50,420 nucleotides of DNA from an uncultured Acidobacteriota bacterium. GTDB lineage: Bacteria; Acidobacteriota; Terriglobia; JAJPHL01. Where the stretch lies: the NCBI GenBank assembly GCA_964601345.1, contig CAZRND010000001.1, positions 1-50,420 on the forward strand, written 5' to 3'. Position numbers and translations under genes: made by a program. The notes beneath the pieces are model-generated. The model saw only the letters and a program-made list of their open reading frames with translations. It was not told the DNA's origin and ran no database searches. Shown here piece after piece: positions 34,328 through 44,350 of the stretch. Each line of letters opens with the position of its first letter. The first letter of the stretch is position 1.

Positions 34328-35458
34328 ATGCTGCCAGTGCCCCAAATCCTCATCTCGGCGGGCGAAGCATCCGGGGACAGGTACGCCGCGTGGCTCGTGG
34401 AAAAAATCCGCGCGCGCGCGCCCGAGACTCGATTCTTCGGGTGCGCCGGCGAGCATCTCCGCGACGCGGGATGCGAAGGCGTGGTCCGCGCCGAGGACCT
34501 CGCCACGGTGGGACTCCGCGAAGTGATCGGCGATATCCCGCGGATCTATGGTGAATTTCGGCGATTGCTGGCCGAGGCCGCGCGGCGCAAGCCCGATCTG
34601 GCCGTGCTTGTAGACGCGCCGGACTTCAACTTGCGCGTCGCCGGACGCTTGAAGAAACTCGGCGTGCCGGTCCTGTATCTCGTTGCGCCGCAGGCCTGGG
34701 CCTGGCGGCCCTGGCGCACGCGCCAGATCGCGCGCCTCGTCGAGCGGCTCTTCTGCATTTTTCCCTTCGAGGAGCGCTGGTTTCGCGAGCGCGGGGTGAA
34801 TGCCGAATACATTGGACATCCGCTGGCCGGGCGCGTGCGGCCGAGCCTGACGCGCGCCGAGTTCATCGATCGCTGGAAGCTTCCGCAAGGGCGGCCGCTG
34901 GTGGCCCTGCTGCCCGGCAGCCGGCGCCGTGAAATTGCGTTAAATCTTCCCCCGATGCTCGAAGCGGCGAGAAAACTCGACGCCCAGTGTTATATTGTTT
35001 CTCAGACGGAAGGATTGGCCGCAGCCACTGAGGTCCCGACGGTAACGGGCGATACATGGAATGCATTGGCCCACGCCGACTCGGCCATCGTGGCCAGCGG
35101 AACCGTCACGGTGGAAGCGGCGCTGCTGGGCACGCCGATGGTGGTTGTTTATCGTGTAACGGAACCTACTTGGCGGCTGGGCCGTCTGTTAGTGAGAACG
35201 CCGTTCTATAGCATGGTGAACCTGGTAGCGGGCCGGATGGTGGTTCCTGAGCTGATCCAAGACGATTTTGTGCCCGCCCGGGTGGTGGAAGAGACGCGCC
35301 GGTTGCTCGGATCCCCAGCCGACCGATCGGCAGTGCGCGAGGGACTCAGCGAAGTGGCCGATAAACTTCGAACCCAAAACGATCCGCTCGATCGCGCCGC
35401 CGCAAGAGTCGTTGAGAGATTGGCGACCCCCAGCGCCATGGCAAGGATTTCCGCATGA
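34328..35458 (+). CDS. lpxB: Lipid-A-disaccharide synthase
   Basis: ATG 34328 gives MLPVPQILISAGEASGDRYAAWL.... It also has PDFNLRVAGRLKKLGVPVLYLVAPQAWAWRPWR and IFPFEERWF, which are LpxB hallmarks. The track start 34265 would overlap the divergent receptor gene. Confidence 0.85.
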   Translation: MLPVPQILISAGEASGDRYAAWLVEKIRARAPETRFFGCAGEHLRDAGCEGVVRAEDLATVGLREVIGDIPRIYGEFRRLLAEAARRKPDLAVLVDAPDFNLRVAGRLKKLGVPVLYLVAPQAWAWRPWRTRQIARLVERLFCIFPFEERWFRERGVNAEYIGHPLAGRVRPSLTRAEFIDRWKLPQGRPLVALLPGSRRREIALNLPPMLEAARKLDAQCYIVSQTEGLAAATEVPTVTGDTWNALAHADSAIVASGTVTVEAALLGTPMVVVYRVTEPTWRLGRLLVRTPFYSMVNLVAGRMVVPELIQDDFVPARVVEETRRLLGSPADRSAVREGLSEVADKLRTQNDPLDRAAARVVERLATPSAMARISA

Positions 35459-37509
35459 CTCTGCTGCTCGCGGCGCTACTCATTTCGGCCCCGGCATTCG
35501 CTCAGGAAGGGCGCGCCATCGCGCGCTTCACGCGCATCCACGTGAGCTCGTACACGCTCGATGTGGAGCTCGTCCCGGCCACACACCACTTGCGCGGCAA
35601 GGCTCTGGTCAAGTTTGTTCCCGAGGAAGAAGCGCTCTCGATCAGCTTCGAGCTCAACAACAATCTGAAGCCGTCGAAGGTGGTCGACTCCGCGGGACGG
35701 CAATGCTCCGTCGACCGCATCTCGAACGACAACGCCATTCGCGTGAATTTCGATCGGCCCATTCCAAAAGGACAACCGTCCACCGTCACCTTCGAATATG
35801 ACGGCGCGCTCGCGAGCGGAGACAATCAACCGGTCGAGGGACTGAAGCTTGCGTACGTGGGCGATCCGGTGAGCTATCTTCTTTATCCCGGCCGCTGGTT
35901 CCCCGTTTCGGGATATCAGGTGGACCGCTTCACGGCGGAATTGCATATCACCGTCCCGACAGGCTATCGCGTAGTCGCGCCCGGACGGAGCCTCGGAGCG
36001 CCGAAGCCTTATGTCGAGCCTGTCGCGACTCCCGCGCCCGCTCCGGCAGGACGGGGCGCGGCACGACAGCCGGCGGCAACTCCTCCACCCGCCACCGCTG
36101 CGTCGGGCAACCGGATGACGTTCAACTTCACCGCCGACCGTGCTTCGTTCCCTGGCAGCATCGCGGTGATGAAGGAAGAGGCAGCGCACATCACATCCGG
36201 CGGGGCCCTCGTGGACGTCTATTTCCGCGATGCCGAGAAGGCGCAGTCGGAAACGTACGGCGAAGCCGCGGGAAAGATTCTGGCCTACTTCACGACGCGC
36301 TTCGGACCATCGCCCGCGACATCGCTGTCGCTCGTGGAAATCGAAGCCGGATCGGTGAACGGCTACTCAGCGCCGGGAATCATCTTCCTCTCGCCCGCGG
36401 GCATCGGCGGCAAGTTGAATCATCGCTTGCTCGCCCACGAGATCGCCCACCAGTGGTGGCGGAACGTGGTGAGTCCCGAGGCGCGATCGAGCCTTTGGCT
36501 CGATGAGGGAGTCGCCGCCTACGGCGAGTTGCTCTATACCGAAGAGCTGGTCGGCAAAGCGGCGGCGGAAGAGCTGGCTCGCGACTTGGCCGTCTCCGTT
36601 ATGGCCAACGACTCGACGCCGATTTCGCGGTCCGGCAGCCTGGAAGAATTTTCGCCCGAGTACGATGCCGTGGTCATCAAGAAGGGCGCCCTGGTGATGC
36701 ACATGCTCCGCTGGGTCATCGGCGACGACCCATTTTTCAAGACGCTTCGCGAGTTCCCATCGCAGGTGGCGACGAAGCCGGCCACTACCGACCAGTTCCG
36801 CCAGGCCTTCGAACGCAACTCGGGCCAGAAGCTCGACGGATTCTTCCTGCAGTGGACCGAAGCGACCGGCGCGCCGGAGTTCAAATCCGAATTCCAGGTC
36901 TTCCGCACCAAGAAGGGCTTCAAGATTGTGGGCAAAATCCGCCAGGACCTCGATACCTTCCGAATGCCGGTTGAGATTCGCGTGGAGACGGACGGAAATC
37001 CCGAGGTGCAGAAGATCGATGTGGTCGGCACCGCGTCGGACTTCAGCGTCGACACTTTTGGGCGCCCGCGCAAGGTGACCATCGATCCGGACAACCATGT
37101 TCTCAAGAGCTCGCCGTCCATGAAGGTGAAGGTGGCCATCGCTCGCGGCCTGCAATTCTCCGAGGCCGGCGAATATGAGAGTGCGCTGAAGGAATATCAG
37201 AAGGCCCTCGATCTGAACAAGAACAGCTCGCTGGCGCATTTCCGCATCGGCGAAGTGTTCTTCAATCAGGGTAACTACCAGTCGGCCGCGAACGCTTTCC
37301 GCGAATCGCTCAACGGCGACCGCGATCCTTCGTGGACCGAGGTTTGGGATCACATCAACCTGGGCAAGATCTACGACGTCACCGGACAGCGGGAACGGGC
37401 CGTCAACGAGTACACCATGGCCTCGCGTGCGCGCGATAACACGCAGGGCGCGCAGGACGAAGCGCAGAAGTATCTGAAAGAGCCGTATCGCCGCGAGAAA
37501 AAGGACTAG
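35455..37509 (+). CDS. Secreted M1-family zinc metallopeptidase with C-terminal TPR repeats
   Basis: Signal peptide ...SAPAFAQ. HEIAHQWW plus E 18 residues later (WLDEGVAAY) gives HExxH-x18-E. TPR-like tail (ALKEYQKALDLNKNSSLAHFRIGEVFFNQGNYQSA). Confidence 0.8.
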   Translation: MTLLLAALLISAPAFAQEGRAIARFTRIHVSSYTLDVELVPATHHLRGKALVKFVPEEEALSISFELNNNLKPSKVVDSAGRQCSVDRISNDNAIRVNFDRPIPKGQPSTVTFEYDGALASGDNQPVEGLKLAYVGDPVSYLLYPGRWFPVSGYQVDRFTAELHITVPTGYRVVAPGRSLGAPKPYVEPVATPAPAPAGRGAARQPAATPPPATAASGNRMTFNFTADRASFPGSIAVMKEEAAHITSGGALVDVYFRDAEKAQSETYGEAAGKILAYFTTRFGPSPATSLSLVEIEAGSVNGYSAPGIIFLSPAGIGGKLNHRLLAHEIAHQWWRNVVSPEARSSLWLDEGVAAYGELLYTEELVGKAAAEELARDLAVSVMANDSTPISRSGSLEEFSPEYDAVVIKKGALVMHMLRWVIGDDPFFKTLREFPSQVATKPATTDQFRQAFERNSGQKLDGFFLQWTEATGAPEFKSEFQVFRTKKGFKIVGKIRQDLDTFRMPVEIRVETDGNPEVQKIDVVGTASDFSVDTFGRPRKVTIDPDNHVLKSSPSMKVKVAIARGLQFSEAGEYESALKEYQKALDLNKNSSLAHFRIGEVFFNQGNYQSAANAFRESLNGDRDPSWTEVWDHINLGKIYDVTGQRERAVNEYTMASRARDNTQGAQDEAQKYLKEPYRREKKD

Positions 37510-38381
37510 AGGCGGCGCATCTCCAGCACCCGCATCGTTTCTCCGATCCCAAAAAGCAGGTCTTTAAGCAGCGGAGCGTCGCTCTGGAAGGGCGCGAAGT
37601 GGTCCTGCTCTCCGAGACGCATCAGGTAACGTCCTTGCGTTTCGAAGCGCGTCTCTACGAGACCCGCTTCCCTGCCCGCCGCGGCCAGCAGATCGAAATC
37701 CACGTGCGCGGTGATGTCGCGCTCGCCGGGTTCGGCAAAGACGTCCGCAGAGGCGGTGTGGCGGCGATAGGTCATCAGCGTTCCGCTCGGGAACCGCTCG
37801 ATCTCGCGTCCGCGGTATCCGTAATCCACGGTCACGACGTAGCCGCGATCGAGCGCGTCGCCGAATCGCCGCATCCACTGTGCCGCGTCCGGGCAGTGCT
37901 CCTTCACCGGCGCGCCACCCGACCAGCCGAGTTCTCCTGACTTCTCGCCGACGAAGATCTCGCCGTCCTTGCCGAAGACAGAGACGGGCAGCGCGTCGAA
38001 GAATTCGTTCGAGAAAATGCAGCCGGTAAATTTCGCAATGGGAAACGGGTCGCCGTACTCAACGGCAACATAGCGCAGGCGGGGCGCCGCCGCCTGGAGC
38101 GCTCGTCCAAAGTCGCCACGCCCCGGACCCATCTCGAGGACGGTGAAATCCTCGACGCCAAGTTCCCGGCGCATCTCGTCGAAGCGACGCGCCAGCAGGC
38201 GGGCCAAGAGCGATCCTAGTTGCGAGCTCGTGTAGTAGTCGCCTTCGCGGCCGAAACGGTTCTTTCCGGAAGTGTAGTAGCCCCATTGCGGATGATAGAG
38301 GCAGAGCTCCATGTAGCGCCGGAACGGCATGGGACCGCGGGCGCGAATCTCGCCGAGGATTTCATCCAACAGGCGAGGCAT
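37506..38381 (-). CDS. MidA / NDUFAF7-like class I SAM-dependent methyltransferase (DUF185)
   Basis: MPRLLDEILGEIRARGPMPFRRYMELCLYHPQWGYYT...FGREGDYYTSSQL and LEMGPGRGDF. The start ATG 38381 shares one nt with the upstream stop (TGATG). Confidence 0.75.
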   Translation of the reverse strand: MPRLLDEILGEIRARGPMPFRRYMELCLYHPQWGYYTSGKNRFGREGDYYTSSQLGSLLARLLARRFDEMRRELGVEDFTVLEMGPGRGDFGRALQAAAPRLRYVAVEYGDPFPIAKFTGCIFSNEFFDALPVSVFGKDGEIFVGEKSGELGWSGGAPVKEHCPDAAQWMRRFGDALDRGYVVTVDYGYRGREIERFPSGTLMTYRRHTASADVFAEPGERDITAHVDFDLLAAAGREAGLVETRFETQGRYLMRLGEQDHFAPFQSDAPLLKDLLFGIGETMRVLEMRRL

Positions 38382-38659
38382 CACCCGATTCTCTGCGGAT
38401 TCTTGGTGAACATCTCGATGATGTAGTCGTGCAGGCAGTCGTAGAGCTGGCGCTGGAAGGTCCACGTAAATTGAGGATGGTCGAGGTCGCGCGGATGCAT
38501 CTGGTAATAGTAGGTGTGCAGGCCGAGCGTCTTGTTCTGAAAGTCGATGATGATCTCAACGCCCTCCGCGCCGAAGGGCCGGGCATCGAAGGTGAAGAGC
38601 GGGTGCTCGTAGCGAGCCAGCTCTTCCTTCACTTTACGGACGTTTTCTGATGAGTTCAT
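38381..38659 (-). CDS. Small hypothetical protein (92 aa)
   Basis: ORF overlapping the macro-domain gene by 26 nt and coupled to the MidA gene. No family recognised. Confidence 0.45.
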   Translation of the reverse strand: MNSSENVRKVKEELARYEHPLFTFDARPFGAEGVEIIIDFQNKTLGLHTYYYQMHPRDLDHPQFTWTFQRQLYDCLHDYIIEMFTKNPQRIG

Positions 38660-39149
38660 GCCAGGCGCTTTCGAAGATCCTCTGGGCGGACTCTTCGTAA
38701 AGGACGAAGATCACCCGCTCGAGCGAAGTCTGCTCGTGCATGTGCTCGTGCACCGCGGCCAGCATGGCCGAAGCGCACTCCTCCATGTCGAGGCCGCCGA
38801 ATCCGCTGCCGATCGCGGGAAAGGCGACGCTCGTCAGTCCCTTTTCGCGCGCCAGCTTCAGCGAGTTCTTCGTGGCGTGGTGGCAGTTGTCGCGGCTGAC
38901 TCCGCCGCCCATGTGCATGCCCGCGGCGTGGATGACGAAACGGGCCGGCAGATTGCCGCCGCCGGAAATTGTCGCGTGGCCGAGCCGGATGGGTCCCAGA
39001 TGGTCGCACTCCTCCTGAATCGACGGGCCGCCGACGCGGCGGATGGCTCCTGCGACTCCCGCTCCCAGCAGCAAGTCGGTGTTCGCGGCGTTCACGATCG
39101 CATCCACCTGCGCGCGGGTTATGTCGCCGGTCTCGAACGTGACTTGCAT
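38634..39149 (-). CDS. Macro-domain protein (ADP-ribose / O-acetyl-ADP-ribose hydrolase-like)
   Basis: GDITRAQVDAIVNAANTDLLLGAGVAGAI...FVIHAAGMH...SVAFPAIGSGFGG are canonical macro-domain motifs. Confidence 0.85.
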   Translation of the reverse strand: MQVTFETGDITRAQVDAIVNAANTDLLLGAGVAGAIRRVGGPSIQEECDHLGPIRLGHATISGGGNLPARFVIHAAGMHMGGGVSRDNCHHATKNSLKLAREKGLTSVAFPAIGSGFGGLDMEECASAMLAAVHEHMHEQTSLERVIFVLYEESAQRIFESAWHELIRKRP

Positions 39150-39158
39150 TCTATGAGG

Positions 39159-40190
39159 CTAACACAGGCAGGCAACGACACCGAATACCAGGAAGAAACC
39201 TCCATATCCGGAGTACTCGAGGTCGAGCGCGCGGCTCTGAAGACTCGAGAGCATGATCCCGGTCACGACGAAGAACGCCTGCACGACCGCGCACGAGGCA
39301 AAGAGGGCGACTCTCCGCCACGCCAGCACGATGCTCAACAGCGCTCCGAGTCCGGCCAGGACAAATCCTGCGTAGGGAATGATGTCGTTAAACCGGCTGA
39401 GACGGTTAGCGCCCTCGAGCGGCGCAAATCCGGCCGGATCGTAGAAGTAAAACGGCAACGTGACGGCCAGGAATACCGCGGTTGACACTCCCAGATCGCG
39501 AATCGCCCGTCGCATTCCAAAGTGTTGCTGCAAGTAGCCGAACGCTAGAGGCGCAAGCAGCAGGAAATTGGGCCTGGATGACAGCGCCAGTCCGAACAAA
39601 ATCGCGCCGCCGATTCCATTGCGCGTCATCCACCACAGCGCGATGAATACGTAGATCCCGTTTACGAGGGCATCAGCGCCGGTGACGACCTGTTGCATCA
39701 CCATCGGGCAAAGAATGCCCACGGCCCAAAGAGCAGGAAGCCCGCGACGGTATCCAAAGGTTTTTCCGAAGACCAAAAAGAACAGCCCGATCCAGAACAA
39801 GCCCTGGTACGCGCTGTTTCCGAGCAGCACGAAGGGCGTGGCCAGGAACAGCGAGCCCGGCAATGCATGCATCAGATTTCCGAGGTAGGTCTTCGCGTAA
39901 TAAGGATAGCGGCCGTGCAGCATTTCGCGCACCGCCGCGTTGTAGGCATCGTCGGCGTCGCTGCCCGCGCCGAGCGCCCCGGACTTGGCGAGAGGATAGA
40001 GAATCGCGAAGGCCAGCACGACGAGGGCAAAAGTGCAGAGCGTCAGATAGCGGGCATCTTCCTCCGCCGGTTCCCACTCGCGAGCCAGGAACAGGACCGC
40101 CGGAACAGCCGCTGCGTACACGACCAACCCGACGATCCCGAAATACTTTTGCACCTGCGCCAGGGACGGAACGACGAGGCAAACGGCCAT
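39159..40190 (-). CDS. Polytopic membrane protein, possibly a GT-C-type glycosyltransferase
   Basis: About 9-10 hydrophobic helices, with an acidic loop GSDADDAYN after TM2. Start taken at ATG 40190, because the track ORF to 40496 overlaps the amidohydrolase gene in another frame. Confidence 0.5.
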   Translation of the reverse strand: MAVCLVVPSLAQVQKYFGIVGLVVYAAAVPAVLFLAREWEPAEEDARYLTLCTFALVVLAFAILYPLAKSGALGAGSDADDAYNAAVREMLHGRYPYYAKTYLGNLMHALPGSLFLATPFVLLGNSAYQGLFWIGLFFLVFGKTFGYRRGLPALWAVGILCPMVMQQVVTGADALVNGIYVFIALWWMTRNGIGGAILFGLALSSRPNFLLLAPLAFGYLQQHFGMRRAIRDLGVSTAVFLAVTLPFYFYDPAGFAPLEGANRLSRFNDIIPYAGFVLAGLGALLSIVLAWRRVALFASCAVVQAFFVVTGIMLSSLQSRALDLEYSGYGGFFLVFGVVACLC

Positions 40191-40219
40191 GCCCAGCCGC
40201 GCCCAGGGAGATGAAAACC

Positions 40220-41089
40220 TCAGCGGTCCTCCGACTCTCCCCACTGCACGCGAAGGGCGGTGGTCCGCAGCATCTTTCGCTTGGCGCCGTCGCTCAAGGG
40301 CAGCGTCAGGAAATCGCGCAGATTCTGGCCCATCCCCGGGACCAGAGGGCCGGGCCAGTCGGAACCGAACATGGTCTTGTCGGCCATTTCCTCGAGGCGC
40401 GGGAAATAGGAGAGCAGGCTCTTCGGAGGGATGCTCGATACTTCCAAGAAGACGTTCGGGTGACGACGCACGATGAAGACGGCGTTGTTCATCCACAGCG
40501 GACGCCCGCCGTGCGCCACGATGATCTTCATCTTCGGAAAATCTACCGCTACGTCGTCGAGAAAGAGCGGATCACCGTAGCGATTCCTCGCGCCTTCGAA
40601 GATCGATGTTCCGGTGTGGAACATGACCGGAGTGCCGGTCTCTTCCGCCACGCGGTAGATATCGGCCAGGCCGGTCAGCCCATCCTGGTAGGCGTGGGGA
40701 AACATGAGTTGGTGCGGCGGATGAATCTTGATGAGCCGGATGCCCATGTCGATGATGCGACGCGTGTCGCCGGCGGGATCCTTCGAGCGGCGCGGATCGA
40801 CCGATCCGCACGGAAGCAGACGCTTGGGCGCGTGCCGCGTGTACTGGATCACCCACTCGTTGACGTCCTCGGTGAAGCCGATGATGTCGGGCGCGACGTA
40901 GTTGATCGCCGTGAGGCGCTCGATGCCCTCCGCGTCCATGTGTTTCAGCAACGCAGCGGGCGAGTCCATGAGCTCGAGCAGAAAATCGAATTCCGGCCGG
41001 CGGCGGCGCATCACCTGCAGCGTCTTCGGATTCATCATCCGGATCGGCGCGATGTGCACGTGGCAGTCGATGACTCCGTAATCAGGCAT
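40220..41089 (-). CDS. Amidohydrolase_2-family metal-dependent hydrolase/decarboxylase (TIM barrel)
   Basis: MPDYGVIDCHVHIAP..., IKIHPPHQ, VMFHTG, IIVAHGG and FGSDWP match the amidohydrolase-2 His/Asp pattern. Confidence 0.75.
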   Translation of the reverse strand: MPDYGVIDCHVHIAPIRMMNPKTLQVMRRRRPEFDFLLELMDSPAALLKHMDAEGIERLTAINYVAPDIIGFTEDVNEWVIQYTRHAPKRLLPCGSVDPRRSKDPAGDTRRIIDMGIRLIKIHPPHQLMFPHAYQDGLTGLADIYRVAEETGTPVMFHTGTSIFEGARNRYGDPLFLDDVAVDFPKMKIIVAHGGRPLWMNNAVFIVRRHPNVFLEVSSIPPKSLLSYFPRLEEMADKTMFGSDWPGPLVPGMGQNLRDFLTLPLSDGAKRKMLRTTALRVQWGESEDR

Positions 41090-42068
41090 GCGAGTTCCAG
41101 GCTTTCCGCACCGCACGCTTCACAAAGACGCGGGCAATGTCCCGGCGATAGTCCGGCGTGGAAGACGAGGTCGTCAGCGGCTTCATGGCGCGCCCGGCCA
41201 GATCGGCGAGTTCTTCCAACAGATCATCGCGCAACTTTACGCCTTCGAGAGCCTTCGCCGCTCCGGGCACGAGCAGCGGACGCGGATTGAGCGCCGTGAT
41301 CGCCACGTCGCCGCGCTGGCAGACGCCGTCCGGCGTGATTTCAAGCGCCACGGCAACTCCCGCCAGCGGATAATCGATCGAATCGCGCAACCGGAACTTC
41401 AGGTACGCGCCGGACATCCCGGTCGAGGCGGTCGGAACAAAGACGCGCGTCAGCATCTCATCGCCGGCGATGTTGAGGGCCGCCATGCCGTCGCCGGTGT
41501 AGAGCTGCGCGAGCGGAATGCGGCGGGCTCCGCGCGGCGAGAGAATCTCGACCTCCGCGCCGAGCACCAGTAGGGCCGGCGCCGTGTCACCCGAGAAGAC
41601 CGCCCAACAGCGTTTGCCGCCGGGCGCGACGTGGCAGACTTGGCCGTCCTTCTTCAGACACCCGCCGCAGGATCGCCGCCAGAACTGCGACTGGTTGTAC
41701 CAGAGGCATCGCGTGTCGAGGCACAGGTTGCCGCCGAGCGTGCCCATCGTGCGCAGGACGGGACTGGCGATCGTTCCTGCCGCCTCAGCCAATACCGGGA
41801 ACTTCCGCCGCACGAGATCCGATCCCGCGATGCCGGCCACCGTCGCGAGAGCTCCGATTTCAAGGCCCGCTCCGTTGCGGATTCCGTCGAGTCCCGCGAG
41901 CGCCTTCAGATCGAGAAGATAGCGCGGGGCGAACAGGCGCTGCCGCATGCTCGGAACAAGATCGGTGCCGCCGGCGATCATGCGAATCTCGCCGCGATAT
42001 TGATCGAGAAAACCCACGGCCTCCTCGAGCGATTGCGGCCGAAGGACTTGGAAATCCGGCAGCGTCAC
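41082..42068 (-). CDS. FAD-binding medium subunit of a xanthine-dehydrogenase-family molybdoenzyme, with a Cys-rich insertion
   Basis: FAD_binding_5 start (IRMIAGGTDLVPSMR). Six Cys lie at residues 116-154 (NLCLDTRCLWYNQSQFWRRSCGGCLKKDGQVCHVAPGGKRC). Confidence 0.8.
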   Translation of the reverse strand: MTLPDFQVLRPQSLEEAVGFLDQYRGEIRMIAGGTDLVPSMRQRLFAPRYLLDLKALAGLDGIRNGAGLEIGALATVAGIAGSDLVRRKFPVLAEAAGTIASPVLRTMGTLGGNLCLDTRCLWYNQSQFWRRSCGGCLKKDGQVCHVAPGGKRCWAVFSGDTAPALLVLGAEVEILSPRGARRIPLAQLYTGDGMAALNIAGDEMLTRVFVPTASTGMSGAYLKFRLRDSIDYPLAGVAVALEITPDGVCQRGDVAITALNPRPLLVPGAAKALEGVKLRDDLLEELADLAGRAMKPLTTSSSTPDYRRDIARVFVKRAVRKAWNSHA

Positions 42069-44350
42069 GACGGCTTCCCTCTTTGCCGGAGCGCGCGCAG
42101 GATTTTTTCAGGCGTCATCGGCAGCTCGGTGAGACGCACGCCCACCGCGTCGTAAATAGCGTTGGCGACAGCAGGGATTGCGGCGGCGAGCGATCCCTCG
42201 CTCGCCTCCTTTGCACCGAAGGGACCTTCGGGATCGATGCTCTCGACCACGATGGGGATAATCTCGGGCGACGCCGTGTCGACGGAACTCGGCGAGCGAT
42301 ATTCAAGCAGTCCCGGATTCATCAGCCGCCCGTCGCGCCACATCATTTCTTCTTGCATCGCCTGACCGAGGCCCATGGAGACCGAGCCGATGATCTGGCC
42401 TTCCACCGTCAGCGGATTCAGCGCTCGCCCGCAATCGTGCGCGGCCCAAATCTTGTGGACGCGGACCTGGCCCGTGTCCTCATCCACACTCACCTCGGCG
42501 ACTTGCGCGCTATAGCTGTACGCGGGCGACGGGCCGACGCCCGCGCCCTTGAACTTGCCGCCGCGCGCTTCACTCGGAGGGGCGTAACTACCTTGCGCGG
42601 TCAGCGCGCCATGCATCTCGATGGCCGCGTTCAGCGCATCGGTAAAGCTCATGGACTTGCCGTTCGCGCTCAGGCGTTCGTTTCGGCACTCGATTTCCTC
42701 CACCGGAACGGACATCCGCACGGCGACCGCCGCCACGATCTGCCGTTTCAGATCGCGCGCGGCGTTCAGCGCGGCGTTGCCGCACATGAACGTCACGCGG
42801 CTCGAGTAGCTGCCGAGATCGACGGGCGTCGTTCCGGTATCGGCGGTCACGAGCCGCACGCGGTTGATGCTCACCGAGAGTTCTTCGGCCACGATCTGCA
42901 CCTGGACGATGTCCGACCCTTGCCCGATGTCCGACGCGCCGGAGTAAATTGTGATGGCGCCGTCGCGATCGGCCTTCAGCGTCACCGAGGAATGCGGCAT
43001 GTCTGACCGGTTGATGGGATTCGCTGCGCCGCTCACGTAATGGCTCCCGGCCATGCCCAAGCCGCGCCCGCGCGGCATCTTGCCTTTGCGCTCGCGCCAC
43101 TTCGATGCGGCGATCACTTTTTCGATGCACTCGGGATATCCATAGCTCGTGACGCGCAGGCCGTTCACCGTCACGCACGGCGCTGTGAGCTTGTTGCGGA
43201 GACGCAACTCGGCCGGATCGATCGCCAGGACGCGCGCAATCATGTCCATTTGCGACTCGAAGGCGAAGCGCATGTTCACCGTGCCGTGCCCGCGCATCGC
43301 GCCGCAGGAGGGCTTGTTGGTCAGCACACGGTATCCGTCGTAGCGCATGTTCGGGATGTCGTACATCGCGCCGAGAAGATTGCCGGAGTAAAGAATCGTC
43401 GCCGGACCGTATCCGCAAAATGCGCCGCCGTCCTGAATCGTGCGCGCCTCAACGGCCAAAATCTTGCCGTCGCGCGTGAAGCCGGTCTTCAGATCGATCA
43501 ACTGCAGCGGGCGTCCGCGATGGGTGAAGAATACTTCCTCCCGCGTGTAGATGATCCTCACTGGCAGTCCGGCCTTCTTCGCCAGCATCGCGGCGATCAC
43601 TTCCTGCGGCGTGACTTCGCTCTTGGCGCCAAATCCTCCGCCGAGCGCCGGCTTGATCACGCGGATGGCGCTCTCCGGCATCTCGAGAACCTTGGCCAGC
43701 GTGCGCTGCAGGTAATACGGCACCTGCGTCGACGACCACACGGTCATGCCGCCATCGATTTGCGGGACGGCCAGCGTGGCGTGCGGCTCCATCGCCGCGT
43801 GCGTTACTTCGGGGCAACGGAAGCGATCCTGTCGCACCAGATCGCACGCCGCGAATGCTGAATCGACGTCGCCGAAGTTGTGCTGATAATGCTTTTCGAT
43901 GTTGTTCGGACGCTCCTCGTGGATCCAGTCCGTCTGCGCCGTCATCGACGCCTCAGGATCGGTGTAGCTGGGGAGCGCGTCGTACTCCACTTCGATCAGA
44001 TCGAGGGCCTGCTCGGCGATAGCTTCCGTATCGGCGGCGACAGCGGCCACGTTGTCTCCTACGTAGCGGACCTTGCCCACGGCCAGCGCGTTTTCATCGT
44101 GCCCCACCGGCAGGATGCCGTAGCGATTCGGAAAGTCCGCGCCCACGGCGACGGCGCGCACGCCGGGCAGCGCCGCGGCGCGCGCCGTATCGAGCCGCCG
44201 GATGCGCGCGTGCGGCACGGTGCTGTGCAGCACCTTGCCGTAGAGCATGCCCGGCGCAACCATGTCGGCCGTGTATTGCGCGACGCCCGAGACGCGCGCC
44301 TTGCCGTCGAACATCGGAGTGCGTTTGCCGATGGCCGTAAATTCAGGCAT
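42065..44350 (-). CDS. Molybdopterin-binding large subunit (xanthine dehydrogenase / aldehyde oxidoreductase / 4-hydroxybenzoyl-CoA-reductase family)
   Basis: 761 aa. GKVRYVGDNVAAVAA, GGGFGAK and GAMRGHGT motifs. It lacks the VAYRCSFR-type CO-dehydrogenase signature. Confidence 0.85.
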   Translation of the reverse strand: MPEFTAIGKRTPMFDGKARVSGVAQYTADMVAPGMLYGKVLHSTVPHARIRRLDTARAAALPGVRAVAVGADFPNRYGILPVGHDENALAVGKVRYVGDNVAAVAADTEAIAEQALDLIEVEYDALPSYTDPEASMTAQTDWIHEERPNNIEKHYQHNFGDVDSAFAACDLVRQDRFRCPEVTHAAMEPHATLAVPQIDGGMTVWSSTQVPYYLQRTLAKVLEMPESAIRVIKPALGGGFGAKSEVTPQEVIAAMLAKKAGLPVRIIYTREEVFFTHRGRPLQLIDLKTGFTRDGKILAVEARTIQDGGAFCGYGPATILYSGNLLGAMYDIPNMRYDGYRVLTNKPSCGAMRGHGTVNMRFAFESQMDMIARVLAIDPAELRLRNKLTAPCVTVNGLRVTSYGYPECIEKVIAASKWRERKGKMPRGRGLGMAGSHYVSGAANPINRSDMPHSSVTLKADRDGAITIYSGASDIGQGSDIVQVQIVAEELSVSINRVRLVTADTGTTPVDLGSYSSRVTFMCGNAALNAARDLKRQIVAAVAVRMSVPVEEIECRNERLSANGKSMSFTDALNAAIEMHGALTAQGSYAPPSEARGGKFKGAGVGPSPAYSYSAQVAEVSVDEDTGQVRVHKIWAAHDCGRALNPLTVEGQIIGSVSMGLGQAMQEEMMWRDGRLMNPGLLEYRSPSSVDTASPEIIPIVVESIDPEGPFGAKEASEGSLAAAIPAVANAIYDAVGVRLTELPMTPEKILRALRQRGKPS

